64,000 nucleotides of DNA, taken from contig JASGHG010000001.1 in the NCBI GenBank assembly GCA_047602425.1, positions 992,001 through 1,056,000 of the forward strand, written 5' to 3'. The position numbers and the translations under genes were made by a program. The notes beneath the pieces were generated by a model. That model saw only the letters and a program-made list of their open reading frames with translations, was not told the DNA's origin and did not search any database. This document shows, piece by piece, positions 27,995 through 37,890 of the stretch. The DNA is from Nibricoccus sp. (lineage in GTDB: Bacteria > Verrucomicrobiota > Verrucomicrobiia > Opitutales > Opitutaceae). Every line of letters begins with the position of its first letter. Positions within the stretch are counted from its first letter, which is position 1.

Positions 27995-29647
27995 ATGCGC
28001 CATTTTCTTACGCTTACCGCCACAATCTTTGCGCTTACCATCCCGTTAATTTCGCTCCGGGCAGCGGACGAGCCCGCGGTCCCTTCCGAACCGACTTTTG
28101 ATCAGGCCAAAGATTCGGCGTCCAAGGAGAACAAATTAGTGCTTCTCGTTTTCACCGGTGCGTGGGATGCCAATTGCGCCCGCCTTGACCAGTCGACCTT
28201 CGCCGATCGCCACGTCGCGTCGTTGCTCCGCGAACGCGCCGTTTTGGTACACATTGATGTTCTAACCAACCCAGAGCTCACCGCCAAATATCACGTGCGG
28301 GACGTTCCGCTCATGGTGTTGATCAAACCTGACGGCACCGAGACGGACCGCTGGTTTGGGTATCAGCCACCGGAAAAATTTCTCCAAGAATTTGGCAATA
28401 CTCTGGCAGGCCATCCCACGCTCGAACGATTGCGCGCGGAGGTAAAGCCCGCCGAGTCCCAAACCCGCGTTCAACTGTGTTCGACCCTCATCAATCGTGG
28501 CAGTTACGCCGATGGAGTAATTGAGCTGCGGCGGCTTTACGAACAACTCGAATTCAGCACTGACAAAGCTCGCCATAACCAATCGACCCACACCCAAGTG
28601 ATCCGGCAATTCGGTTCCATCCGCGAAGCCTATCCACCCGCTGATGAATTCCTCCGTGCCAAACGCGCCGCGCATGTCGCCGAAGTTTCGGCGAATCCCG
28701 CAGACTCCATTCATGCACAACGCGTGGCCACGATCGATTGGGGCCTCGGCCAACCCGATGAAACCCTCACGTTCTTTCACTCACTTCCTAACGGAAGCGC
28801 CGCGTACATCAGTCTCAAGAAACCCGTCTTCAAGATCCTGGTAAAAAACCGCACCTATGCGGAGGCGGTCACGCTTTTCCCGGCGACCGAGCATGCGCGT
28901 GAAATCGAGATTGAAACGGCCTTTCTGGGCATGCCAATTATGCAAGTGCTCTATGGAGCCATTCACGCTTCGATGCCTCTCAACGGCGGTGAGTTTATCA
29001 AGTCCCTGCATAAAACGATCACGCAAAGCTGGACGAGAAAGTTCGAACCCTTCGCAGGAATTCAGGACGTAACAGGCGCGCGCCTGATCGCCGAAAAAAT
29101 TCTAAAAGGCGATAAAAGCGAGGAGGTCGTGGACCTTATCGCAGCTTCCGCTCGACGCGCCCTCGGCGAGGAAGCCGGCGCGTTTCTCCGCTCACTCAAC
29201 CTGCCCGGACTGCCTCCGCCAGAAAAGTCTCTCCCTGTCGCTTCCGACGATGAGCCCGACTCAACCACCGCACCGTACGAAGAACAGAGTGAAATCATTC
29301 GCCTCGAACCTTTCGTCGTCACCACCCGAACGACTGGCCGCATCCCGCTCACGCTCGGCCTGCCCGCGAGGAACCTCAAACAAAAGATCAATTCGCACGT
29401 ATTCGTGAGCGCACCGTCCAATACCTCTGAAAATCTGATGCCGTACCGCAACGGCGTTTTGCTTGTCGCCATCAATGGCAAAAGCATCAAAGGCCAGACG
29501 TGGAAACAGCTCGGCGATTTCTGGCTCGAAGGCGGTGAAGCAGGCGACCAGGTCACTCTCATTCTCAAAGGAAAAGGCCGCGACGACTGCATTTATCACC
29601 AGATCACAGTCAAACGCGTCCGCCCTTCGACACAGACCAGCAAATAG
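27995..29647 (+). CDS. Secreted thioredoxin-like (DxxC) + helical + PDZ-like protein
   Basis: ENKLVLLVFTGAWDANCARL; IIRLEPFVVT; VLLVAINGKSI...GDQVTLIL PDZ-like end. Confidence 0.7.
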   Translation: MRHFLTLTATIFALTIPLISLRAADEPAVPSEPTFDQAKDSASKENKLVLLVFTGAWDANCARLDQSTFADRHVASLLRERAVLVHIDVLTNPELTAKYHVRDVPLMVLIKPDGTETDRWFGYQPPEKFLQEFGNTLAGHPTLERLRAEVKPAESQTRVQLCSTLINRGSYADGVIELRRLYEQLEFSTDKARHNQSTHTQVIRQFGSIREAYPPADEFLRAKRAAHVAEVSANPADSIHAQRVATIDWGLGQPDETLTFFHSLPNGSAAYISLKKPVFKILVKNRTYAEAVTLFPATEHAREIEIETAFLGMPIMQVLYGAIHASMPLNGGEFIKSLHKTITQSWTRKFEPFAGIQDVTGARLIAEKILKGDKSEEVVDLIAASARRALGEEAGAFLRSLNLPGLPPPEKSLPVASDDEPDSTTAPYEEQSEIIRLEPFVVTTRTTGRIPLTLGLPARNLKQKINSHVFVSAPSNTSENLMPYRNGVLLVAINGKSIKGQTWKQLGDFWLEGGEAGDQVTLILKGKGRDDCIYHQITVKRVRPSTQTSK

Positions 29648-29743
29648 AAATCTCCCCGCCAAACTCCCCGCCTCCGCCTTTTTCCACGCTTGGCATTGGG
29701 CTTGGAACCTCTAGGCATTGTTTCGGGTCCAATTTCACAATTC

Positions 29744-30247
29744 ATGCCGTCAACACCGCGCATTGTCTTGCTTGCCGTCCTGCTCGGCGTCGGAGGAGTG
29801 CTTTCGCTGCTCCAAGGTTGCAGCACGCACGTAAGGGAACCTTACGGCAATCCCAACGAGCTTTTCCGCGAAATCGGCTACGAGGATGCGGTCCAACTTT
29901 CTGCCAGCCAAAAGAAGCCCATGTTTCTGTTTTTCTCGGAAAGCTGGGTCAAAGACCGCGAGAAATTGCTTTCGCGCACCCTCACGAGCACGGAAACCCG
30001 CCAGTTGCTTCACGATCGCACGATCGGCCTCCAGATCGAACTAACCGATCTTCCCGATATCGCCAAAAAACACAGGGTCACCTCCGCCCCGCTCCTCGTT
30101 CTCGTCGCTCCCGACGGGAAGGAAATTCGTCGCTGGAAAGGCCTGCCCCGCGCCGAGTCTTTCGTCAAGGAACTCACCCTGGCGCTCGATCCGGCTTTCA
30201 AAGGCAAGCAATTCGCCGAAGCCGATTCCTCGATCGCAGAGCCTTGA
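29744..30247 (+). CDS. Lipoprotein, stand-alone Cys-less thioredoxin-like domain
   Basis: LQGC lipobox; LFREIGYEDAV...SESWVKDREKL...DLPDIAKKH closely matches 26615. Confidence 0.75.
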   Translation: MPSTPRIVLLAVLLGVGGVLSLLQGCSTHVREPYGNPNELFREIGYEDAVQLSASQKKPMFLFFSESWVKDREKLLSRTLTSTETRQLLHDRTIGLQIELTDLPDIAKKHRVTSAPLLVLVAPDGKEIRRWKGLPRAESFVKELTLALDPAFKGKQFAEADSSIAEP

Positions 30248-30364
30248 TCGTGTTTTCCTGATCTTGCGTCGTGCGGTTCGCGCTTCGCGTCAATCTCGGG
30301 CATGCAGGACAAACCAGCTTCCAGAATTTTGAACTTTGCGTGTGCCAAAACCCGTGCGCAGGTC

Positions 30365-30534
30365 TAGAGCACATACGATAAAACTGTAGCCGTAAATCGG
30401 TGTTACAAACCGAGCTGTCTTCGTAGGGGCACAGTCTTGCTGCGCCCTTTCTGTGGCAAAGCCAAACCAGGCGCAGCAAGACTGCGCCCCTACAGCCGGA
30501 GTCGTGCGGTTATGACATTTTTAAAAATGCTCTA
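30365..30534. mobile_element. MITE-like element (TAGAGCA...TGCTCTA ends) enclosing a GTAG REP doublet
   Basis: 7-bp terminal inverted repeat; internal gtaggggcacagtcttgctgcgcc ... ggcgcagcaagactgcgcccctac at 30423-30493. Confidence 0.5.
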
Positions 30535-30578
30535 AGCGATTTTCCATCGCAGCGCAGCCAAAACTGTTCGCTATGGAC

Positions 30579-30611
30579 AAAAAAACCCGCCGGCGTTGAG
30601 CGGGCGGGTTT
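30579..30611 (-). terminator. Intrinsic terminator of the arabinose operon
   Basis: AAACCCGCC...GGCGGGTTT stem with an A7 run on + (U-tail on minus). Confidence 0.75.
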
Positions 30612-30633
30612 GAAAAGATCGAGTCCGAAACGA

Positions 30634-32436
30634 TCAGCCAGTGAAGTACAGGTAGGCGCCGACGATGAACACCATGACCACGCAGGAGTAGAGCACGTCT
30701 TTTGCGGTCCAGCTGGCGGCCGTGCGGGCTTTGTCTTCCGCGGTCGCCGTGGCGAACGTCAGGCCCTTGATGTGGGCGTCGTCCGGCGAAGGCGTCGCGT
30801 AGCTGACCAACACCATCACCGCGGCCGAGATGAGCGTGATGAGGATGCTGAAATACTGGAAATTGATGTTGTTGACGATCCAGAGGAACGAACCTTCAGC
30901 GTAGTGGAAGGAACCGCGGCCCAGCGTGACGGGCGTGTCCACCAGCATGCGGAAAAGACCGACAATAAAACCAATCACCATCGCCCAGAAGCAACCCTGA
31001 GCGTTGAGGCGTTTCCAGAAAACGCCGAAGAAGAAGACCACGAACACCGGTGGAGCAAGGTAACCCTGCACCGACTGGAGATAATCGTAGAGGCCATGCG
31101 CGCCCTTGACCACGGGGATCCAGATCAAGGCGATGACCACCATCACCACGGTGGCCGTGCGGCCAACTTTCACGAGCTGTTCCTGAGAAGCGTTCGGATT
31201 GCGCTTCTGGTAGATATCGACGGTGAACAAGGTCGAGCAGGCATTGAAAACGCCGGCCAACGAACCCATCAATGCCGACAAAAGTCCGGCCACCACGATG
31301 CCGCGCAGACCGGCGGGCAGGAGGTATTTGACGAGCAGCGGGAAGGCACCTTGCGAATCGGAGCCGGGAGGCACCTCCGGCAACTTGCCGGTTTTGACCA
31401 GCGCGAAGAAGATTAGTCCGGGAATGATGAAGAGATAAACCGGGAAGAGCTTGAGGAAGGCGGCGAAGATCGAGCCTTGGCGGGCAACGGTTTCGTTCGG
31501 AGCGCCGAGCGCGCGTTGAACGATGTATTGGTCGGTGCACCAGTACCAAAGACCGATGACCGGAGCGCAAATCGCCATGCCGAGCCAGGGGAAGTTGCCG
31601 TTGAAATACCAAGCCTGCTTCACGATGGCGCCCGCTTCGTTCTTTACGATGACGGGAGCCCAGGTGGCTTCCTGGCCGGCGGGCACGAGGGGCTTCCAAA
31701 GATTGAACATGTCGGAACCGCAAGCGGCCTTGAGTTCGCCCCAGCCACCGAGTTTATGCAGACCGTAGAAGGTCAGCAAAGCCGAGCCGCCGATGAGCAC
31801 GATCACCTGCACGGCGTCGTTGTAGGCCACGGCGCGCATACCGCCGAGCGTGGTGTAAAGACCGGTCAGGAGCACCACTGCGACCGAGCCGATCCAGAAG
31901 GAGTCGATATGAATGCTGCCAAGCGTGATGTTAACTTCGGGAAGCAACGTGGCGAACACGATGCCACCGGCAAAAATGCCGACCGCGATCTTCGAGACAA
32001 CGAAGGTCACAAGCGAAACCCACGACAGCACCGTGCGGGAGGGAGCCGAGAAGCGGCGCTCGAGGAATTCAGGCATCGTGAACACGCGTGAACGCGCGTA
32101 GAAGGGCACAAAGACCCAGGCCAGTACGAGCAGACACCAAGCGTGCAGTTCGTAATGCGCGAGAGCAACGCCGTCCTTGGCGCCGGAACCGGCGAGGCCG
32201 ACAATGTGTTCGGAGCCAATGTTGGAAGCGAAGATCGACGCACCGATCACCCACCAGCCGAGATTGCGGCCAGCGAGGAAGTAGTCGTCCGCGGTGTTTT
32301 TGCTCTTCTTGACCACCCACCAGCCCACGCTGGCGAGGATCGCAAAGTAGCCCACGATGGCGAGCCAGTCGAGGCCGCCAAGGGTTGCGCTGGACGACGC
32401 AGTCGCCGCCAGCAAGGGTTGTGATGCTATTGTCAT
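30634..32436 (-). CDS. Sodium:solute symporter (SSS/SGLT-like sugar transporter)
   Basis: DYFLAGRNL, SIFASNIGSEH and WYWCTDQYIVQRAL motifs. Confidence 0.92.
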   Translation of the reverse strand: MTIASQPLLAATASSSATLGGLDWLAIVGYFAILASVGWWVVKKSKNTADDYFLAGRNLGWWVIGASIFASNIGSEHIVGLAGSGAKDGVALAHYELHAWCLLVLAWVFVPFYARSRVFTMPEFLERRFSAPSRTVLSWVSLVTFVVSKIAVGIFAGGIVFATLLPEVNITLGSIHIDSFWIGSVAVVLLTGLYTTLGGMRAVAYNDAVQVIVLIGGSALLTFYGLHKLGGWGELKAACGSDMFNLWKPLVPAGQEATWAPVIVKNEAGAIVKQAWYFNGNFPWLGMAICAPVIGLWYWCTDQYIVQRALGAPNETVARQGSIFAAFLKLFPVYLFIIPGLIFFALVKTGKLPEVPPGSDSQGAFPLLVKYLLPAGLRGIVVAGLLSALMGSLAGVFNACSTLFTVDIYQKRNPNASQEQLVKVGRTATVVMVVIALIWIPVVKGAHGLYDYLQSVQGYLAPPVFVVFFFGVFWKRLNAQGCFWAMVIGFIVGLFRMLVDTPVTLGRGSFHYAEGSFLWIVNNINFQYFSILITLISAAVMVLVSYATPSPDDAHIKGLTFATATAEDKARTAASWTAKDVLYSCVVMVFIVGAYLYFTG

Positions 32437-32481
32437 TTGGGGAGGAGTTAACCTAACGATGGAGCTGAAAAATCGTCCGGC

Positions 32482-33612
32482 TTACTTGGCCGAAAATTTG
32501 TAGATGATGGTGTTGGAATAGTTCTCGCCGGGCTTGAGAATCGTGTTGGGGAAGTTCGGATGGTTCGGCGAATCCGGGTAATGCTGCGGTTCGAGGCAGA
32601 AGCCCGAGCGCTTTTGATAAACCTGGCCGTATTTGCCGTGGATGGTGCCGTCGAGGAAATTGCCGGCGTAGAATTGCACGGCTGGTTCGGTCGAGAGGAC
32701 TTCGAGCACGATGCCGGTCTTGGGCGATTCAACGCGGGCTTGGAAGCCGAGTTCGCCGGCCTTCTTTTGGTTGACGACCCAGTTGTGGTCGTAACCGGGA
32801 CCGTATTGGAGAACGGTATCGGGATCGTCGATACGAGCGCCGATGGCGGTCGGCTTGCGGAAGTCGAACGGCGTGCCTTCAACCGACTTGATTTCGCCAG
32901 TGGGAATCAGGCCTTTGTCGACGGGCGTGGTCTTATCGGCGTTGATCGTGAGAAGGTGATCGAGGATCGTGCCTTCGCCGCTGAGGTTGAAATACGAATG
33001 GTGCGTCAGGTTAACCGGAGTGGCCTTGTCGGTCTTGGCCTTGAAGTCGACGCGGAGGGCGTTGTCGTTGGTCAGCGTGTAGGTCGCAATGACGTCGAGG
33101 TTGCCGGGGTATCCTTCGTCGCCGTCCTTCGAGAGGTAGTTGAGTTCGAGCGCGGCGCCGAGGTTGCTTTCGACCGGTTTGGCTTTCCAGATGACTTTAT
33201 CGAAACCTTTTTTTCCGCCGTGGAGAGCATTACCGTTGTCGTTGCCAGCGAGTTTGTAGGTTTTACCTTCGAGGGTGAATTCGCCCTTGGCGATGCGATT
33301 GCCGTAGCGGCCGATCAGCGCGCCGAAGTACGGAGTGACCTTCACATAGTCGTCGACCTTTTCGTAGCCTTGAACGACGTCGATCATCTTGCCGTTGCGA
33401 TCCGGCATCATGAGCGAAACGACGATGCCGCCGTAATTCGTGATGGTGGCTTCGGCGCCTTTGTCGTTGCGCAGCGTATAGAGTTCGACGGGTTGGCCAT
33501 CGACTTTGCCGAAAGGTTTGGAGGTGACGGAAGGTTTAGCAGAGAGCGAAGGCATAAATGAAGCAAACAGGGCCGCGACGGAAAGGGCGGCGAATTTCAG
33601 CGATGGGGTCAT
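32482..33612 (-). CDS. galM: Aldose 1-epimerase (mutarotase) with a signal peptide
   Basis: GRYGNRI, LHGG, NLTHHSYFNL, GYDHN and CLEPQHYPDSPN. Confidence 0.92.
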   Translation of the reverse strand: MTPSLKFAALSVAALFASFMPSLSAKPSVTSKPFGKVDGQPVELYTLRNDKGAEATITNYGGIVVSLMMPDRNGKMIDVVQGYEKVDDYVKVTPYFGALIGRYGNRIAKGEFTLEGKTYKLAGNDNGNALHGGKKGFDKVIWKAKPVESNLGAALELNYLSKDGDEGYPGNLDVIATYTLTNDNALRVDFKAKTDKATPVNLTHHSYFNLSGEGTILDHLLTINADKTTPVDKGLIPTGEIKSVEGTPFDFRKPTAIGARIDDPDTVLQYGPGYDHNWVVNQKKAGELGFQARVESPKTGIVLEVLSTEPAVQFYAGNFLDGTIHGKYGQVYQKRSGFCLEPQHYPDSPNHPNFPNTILKPGENYSNTIIYKFSAK

Positions 33613-33648
33613 GGTTTCAGGGATTTTGGGTTTACGACAGGGAATTTT

Positions 33649-34350
33649 TCAATGCGCCTGACCGGCTTGGCCATAATAAGCGCCAGGCCCGTGCTTGCGT
33701 TTGAAATGCTTATTCAACAGCTCCGGCTCAATGGTCGGAAGCTTGGGTTCGAGCTGGAGAGACATGAGCGCCATGTGCGCGATGCATTCGACGGCGACGG
33801 CCACTTCGACCGCACCGGCCACTGTCGGGCGCCAAGTGAAGGGCGCGTGACGATTCACCAGCACCGCGGGAAAATCGAGCGGATCGAGGCCCTTGAAACG
33901 CTCAAGAATCACGTTGCCCGTTTCCCATTCGTACGCGCTAGCGATTTCCTGCGCGGTCATCTTACGGGTGACGGGAATGTCGCCGTTAAAATAATCCGCG
34001 TGTGTCGTGCCAAAAATCGGGATCGAACGGCCCGCTTGAGCAAACGCGGTCGCGTGCGACGAGTGCGTGTGAACCACGCCACCAATCGACTCGAAGGCTA
34101 GAAACAGTCGGCGATGCGTCGGCGTGTCGGAAGAGGGGTTGAGTTTGCCTTCGACTTTTTTGCCCTCGAGGTCAACGAGCACCATGTCCTCGGGTTTAAG
34201 AACGGCGTAATCGACGCCACTCGGCTTGATCGCGAAAATGCCTTTCGAACGGTCAATCGCGCTGGCATTGCCAAACGTGAGGTTGATCAAGCCGTGCTTC
34301 GGCAGCGCGATGTTCGCTTCGTAGGCTTCGCGTTTCAGTTCTTCGAGCAT
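33649..34350 (-). CDS. araD: L-ribulose-5-phosphate 4-epimerase
   Basis: TFGNAS, IKPSGVDY, PSSDTPTH, HTHS, GTTHAD and KHGPGAYYGQ. Confidence 0.95.
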   Translation of the reverse strand: MLEELKREAYEANIALPKHGLINLTFGNASAIDRSKGIFAIKPSGVDYAVLKPEDMVLVDLEGKKVEGKLNPSSDTPTHRRLFLAFESIGGVVHTHSSHATAFAQAGRSIPIFGTTHADYFNGDIPVTRKMTAQEIASAYEWETGNVILERFKGLDPLDFPAVLVNRHAPFTWRPTVAGAVEVAVAVECIAHMALMSLQLEPKLPTIEPELLNKHFKRKHGPGAYYGQAGQAH

Positions 34351-34468
34351 GGGAAACGCCGAGCTGCGCTCGGGCGAGTTTAAGGATGAAGTTTAGGTTT
34401 AAGAAAGAGAATGAGTCTGGAAGCAAAACTTAAACTTTCACTTCCAGACTTAAACGAATGCGCAGCGT

Positions 34469-35971
34469 TTAGACCCGGACACCTTGTGCAAGGTGGTAGT
34501 AGATCTCATTGTTGCGCAGTGTCTGTTTGAAGTCGCTGATCTTGGTGTCTTCACCAATGAGAACCATTTCGATGCCAGCGATGGTCGCGAAGTCTTCGAG
34601 CATTTCGCTCGTGACGACCGTGCTGTAACCGGTGTGGTGCGCACCGCCGGCGTAGATCCAAGCCGCGCAAGCGGTCTTGAAGTCGGGCTTGCACTCCCAA
34701 ACGGCGCGGGCCACGGGGAGCTTTGGCATCTTGGGGGTTTTGACGGCGTTGACTTCGTTGACGATCAGGCGGAAACGGTTGCCCATGTCCACGAGCGAAG
34801 CGTTGAGAGCCGGGCCGGTGGTGGCATCGAAGACGAGGCGGACTGGGTCGGCTTTGCCGCCGATACCGAGAGCATGGATTTCGACGTTCGGCTTCGCGCC
34901 GGCAATACTCGGGCAGATTTCCAGCATGTGCGCACCAAGGACCTGATGGCCTTTCGGCGACAGATGATAGGTGTAGTCTTCCATGAAGGAAGTGCCCACG
35001 CCGTCAGCCATGACCTTCATGGCGCGGAGGAGAGCAGATGTTTTCCAATCGCCTTCACCGGCGAAACCATAACCAGCCGCCATCAACCGCTGTGGGGCCA
35101 TGCCGGGCAGTTGTTCCAGGCCGTGCAGATCTTCGAAGGTGGTGGTGAAGCCCTTGAATTCGCCTTCTTCGAGGAAGGCGCTCAGGCCAGCCTCGATGCG
35201 GGCCGAGTAGCGGAGCGCGTCGTGACGGGCGCCTCCCTTGCGGAGCTCTTTGGCGATATTGTACTGTTCGGAATATTCAGCGATGAGCGAGTCGATCTTC
35301 TTGTCGGAGACCTGCTTCATCTTGGCAACGAGGTCGCCCACGCCGTAGCCGTTGGTGGAGAAACCGAATTTCATTTCAGTCGCAACCTTGTCGCCTTCGG
35401 TGACGGCCACCTGGCGCATGTTGTCGCCGAAACGGCAGAAACGACCACCCTGCCAATCCTGCCAGGCGCGAGCGGCGCGCATCCAAGCGCTAATGCGGTC
35501 CTGGACTTCGGTGTCGGACCAGTGGCCGACGACGACCTTGCGGCCGAGGCGCATGCGCGTGTGGATGAAGCCCGCTTCGCGGTCGCCGTGGGCGGCCTGA
35601 TTGAGGTTCATGAAGTCCATATCGATCGTGCCCCAGGGCAGATCGCGGTTGAACTGCGTATGCAGGTGGAGGAAGGGCTTTTTAAGGATGTTCAGGCCAC
35701 GGATCCACATCTTCGACGGCGAGAACGTGTGCATCCAGAGGATCAAGCCGGCGCAGTTGGCGTTCGAGTTGGCCTCGATCGCGAGTTTGGCGATTTCGTC
35801 TGGTGTGGTCAGCAGGGCCTTGAAGACGATCGGGTACGGAATGCGCTTCGAGCTGCTGAGGGAATCAGCGACTTGCTTGGCATTGTCGGCGACCTGCTTG
35901 AGCGGGCCAGGGCCGTAGAGATGCTGCGAACCGCAGACGAACCAGATTTCGGAAGTGGGGAGGTTTTTCAT
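34469..35971 (-). CDS. araA: L-arabinose isomerase
   Basis: [45 protein letters not shown] and GGAHHT. Confidence 0.97.
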   Translation of the reverse strand: MKNLPTSEIWFVCGSQHLYGPGPLKQVADNAKQVADSLSSSKRIPYPIVFKALLTTPDEIAKLAIEANSNANCAGLILWMHTFSPSKMWIRGLNILKKPFLHLHTQFNRDLPWGTIDMDFMNLNQAAHGDREAGFIHTRMRLGRKVVVGHWSDTEVQDRISAWMRAARAWQDWQGGRFCRFGDNMRQVAVTEGDKVATEMKFGFSTNGYGVGDLVAKMKQVSDKKIDSLIAEYSEQYNIAKELRKGGARHDALRYSARIEAGLSAFLEEGEFKGFTTTFEDLHGLEQLPGMAPQRLMAAGYGFAGEGDWKTSALLRAMKVMADGVGTSFMEDYTYHLSPKGHQVLGAHMLEICPSIAGAKPNVEIHALGIGGKADPVRLVFDATTGPALNASLVDMGNRFRLIVNEVNAVKTPKMPKLPVARAVWECKPDFKTACAAWIYAGGAHHTGYSTVVTSEMLEDFATIAGIEMVLIGEDTKISDFKQTLRNNEIYYHLAQGVRV

Positions 35972-36004
35972 GAAGAGTTGGTGTGAGGGGGTTGTAGGAA
36001 AAAA

Positions 36005-36093
36005 TCTTTATTCTTTCTCTTTATCTTTCGTCTTTCTCCTCTCCGAACCAGAAGGCCGAGATAAAGAGAAAGAGTAAGATAAAGAAGAAAGAT
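36005..36093. repeat. Pyrimidine/purine-tract inverted repeat in the araB-araA spacer
   Basis: atctttattctttctctttatctttc ... gagataaagagaaagagtaagataaagaagaaagat. Confidence 0.65.
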
Positions 36094-36114
36094 TCGGAGG
36101 CGGATGAGTGGTTA

Positions 36115-37773
36115 CTAGGCCTGGGCTTCCTTGAGCGCGAGGAGGTCTTTCATGACGCGCGAGAGGTCGGCGTTTTTATTGAGGCCGCCGAACGCGTCGT
36201 GAACTTGGCGGTACAGACGATAGATTTCGTTGTAGACCTTCTGGTTCGCGGGGTTCGGCTTGTATTGCTTCTTTTCAAGCTTGGTCATCTTGGCCTGGGC
36301 CGTCGGGAAGTCCTTGTGGGCTCCCGCGAGCACGGCGGCGGAGACGGCCGAACCGAGCGCGCAAGCTTGGTTCGAGGTCGTGACCAACATCGTGCAACCG
36401 GTAACGTCGGCGTAGATTTGCATGAGCATCGCGTCCTTGCGGGCGATGCCGCCGGCGCAGACGATGCGGTCAATCGGCACGCCGTATTCCTTGATGCGTT
36501 CGATGATTGCGCGGGCGCCGAAGGCCGTGGCCTCGATGAGCGCGCGGTAAATTTCGCCCTTGGTGGTGTGCAGCGTCTGGCCGAGGAGAAGGCCGGAAAG
36601 CATTGGATCAACGAGGATGGTTCGGTTACCGTTGTTCCAGTCGAGCGCAAGCAGGCCAGCTTGGCCGGGCTTCTGCTTGACGACTTCAGCCTGGAGCGCC
36701 TTGTGCATCGCGCCGTCGCCTTCGCACACGCCTTCGACCCACCATTTGAAAATGTCACCGACGGCGGACTGGCCCGCCTCGATGCCGTAGAAACCGGGAA
36801 GGATAGCGCCTTTGACGATGCCGCAGATGCCCGGGATGTCGGGTACGGTTTTCTCCGCGGAAACCACACCGCAGTCGCAGGTGGAGGTGCCGATGACTTT
36901 GACCAGCGTGCCTTCTTTCACACCGCAGCCGATGGCGCCGTAGTGAACGTCGAATTCGCCGATCGCGATCGGAATGCCCGCGGGCAGACCAAGCTTCTTG
37001 GCCCAATCGTCGCAAAGCGTGCCGGCAGCCTCAGTGGCGTCGTAGGCTTTTTCGAAAAGGCGGTCGCGAAGGTCGGCCATCTTTGGATCGAGCAGAGCGA
37101 GGAATTCCTTGTCGGGCAGGCCGCCCCAGTCTTCGGCATAAAAGGCCTTGTGACCCGCCGCGCACACGCCGCGTTTCACCAGCTTCGGATCGGTCACGCC
37201 CGCAAGGACGGACGGAACCCAGTCGGAAAGTTCGACCCACGAATAGGCGGCATCGAATACCTGCGGCGAAACCTTGAGACAGCGCCAAAGCTTCGACCAG
37301 AACCATTCGGATGAATATGTGTTGCCGCACTTCGCGATGTATTGCGGGCGGTTTTGCGTGGCGAGTTCGGTGATCTTTGCAGCCTCGCGCCAGCTGGTGT
37401 GGTCTTTCCAGAGCCAGCACTGCGCGGCGAGATTCTTTGCGTACTTTTTCGAGAGCGCGAGCGGGACGTTTTTCGCGTCGACCGGGATTGGGCTGGAACC
37501 CGTAGTGTCCACGCCAATACCGACGACTTTTTTCGCGTCGAAGCCTTTCACCTTCTTGGCAGCGGCCAGCGCGACCTTCACGCTCTTCTCCAAACCGAAG
37601 AGATAATCGCCAGGATGCTGGCGAGCGAGGTTGTGATCCTTGGGGTCAAGCAGGATGCCCTGCTTGCCGCTGGGATAATCAACGACAGCACTGCTGATCT
37701 CTGCGCCATCGGCGCAGCGAACAATTAAACAACGCACCGAGTTGGTGCCGTAATCAAGGCCTAGGGTATACAC
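36115..37773 (-). CDS. araB: Ribulokinase
   Basis: LGLDYGTNSVR, GVDTTGS, WKDH, YSSEWFWSK, EAGQSAVGD and LDWNNGNR. Confidence 0.95.
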   Translation of the reverse strand: MYTLGLDYGTNSVRCLIVRCADGAEISSAVVDYPSGKQGILLDPKDHNLARQHPGDYLFGLEKSVKVALAAAKKVKGFDAKKVVGIGVDTTGSSPIPVDAKNVPLALSKKYAKNLAAQCWLWKDHTSWREAAKITELATQNRPQYIAKCGNTYSSEWFWSKLWRCLKVSPQVFDAAYSWVELSDWVPSVLAGVTDPKLVKRGVCAAGHKAFYAEDWGGLPDKEFLALLDPKMADLRDRLFEKAYDATEAAGTLCDDWAKKLGLPAGIPIAIGEFDVHYGAIGCGVKEGTLVKVIGTSTCDCGVVSAEKTVPDIPGICGIVKGAILPGFYGIEAGQSAVGDIFKWWVEGVCEGDGAMHKALQAEVVKQKPGQAGLLALDWNNGNRTILVDPMLSGLLLGQTLHTTKGEIYRALIEATAFGARAIIERIKEYGVPIDRIVCAGGIARKDAMLMQIYADVTGCTMLVTTSNQACALGSAVSAAVLAGAHKDFPTAQAKMTKLEKKQYKPNPANQKVYNEIYRLYRQVHDAFGGLNKNADLSRVMKDLLALKEAQA

Positions 37774-37890
37774 GCGGAAAATCTTAGAATGGCATTTTCG
37801 CCCGTAAACGCCACCGTCACTTGACAGTCACGCCGGCAGCCGTTTTTAGTCGTCTCTCCAGACCGAAATCCGCCACTCCTCCACCCACCC

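Noticed and set aside
34484..35986. 500-aa + strand ORF
   Set aside because: Antisense shadow of araA caused by codon bias. The same holds for 14915-16498, 18690-20108, 21977-23221, 23515-24726, 32560-33561 and 36199-37314.
37800..37890. LacI operator for the ara operon
   Set aside because: Only a short TGACAGTCA palindrome was seen, with no repeated copy to support it.
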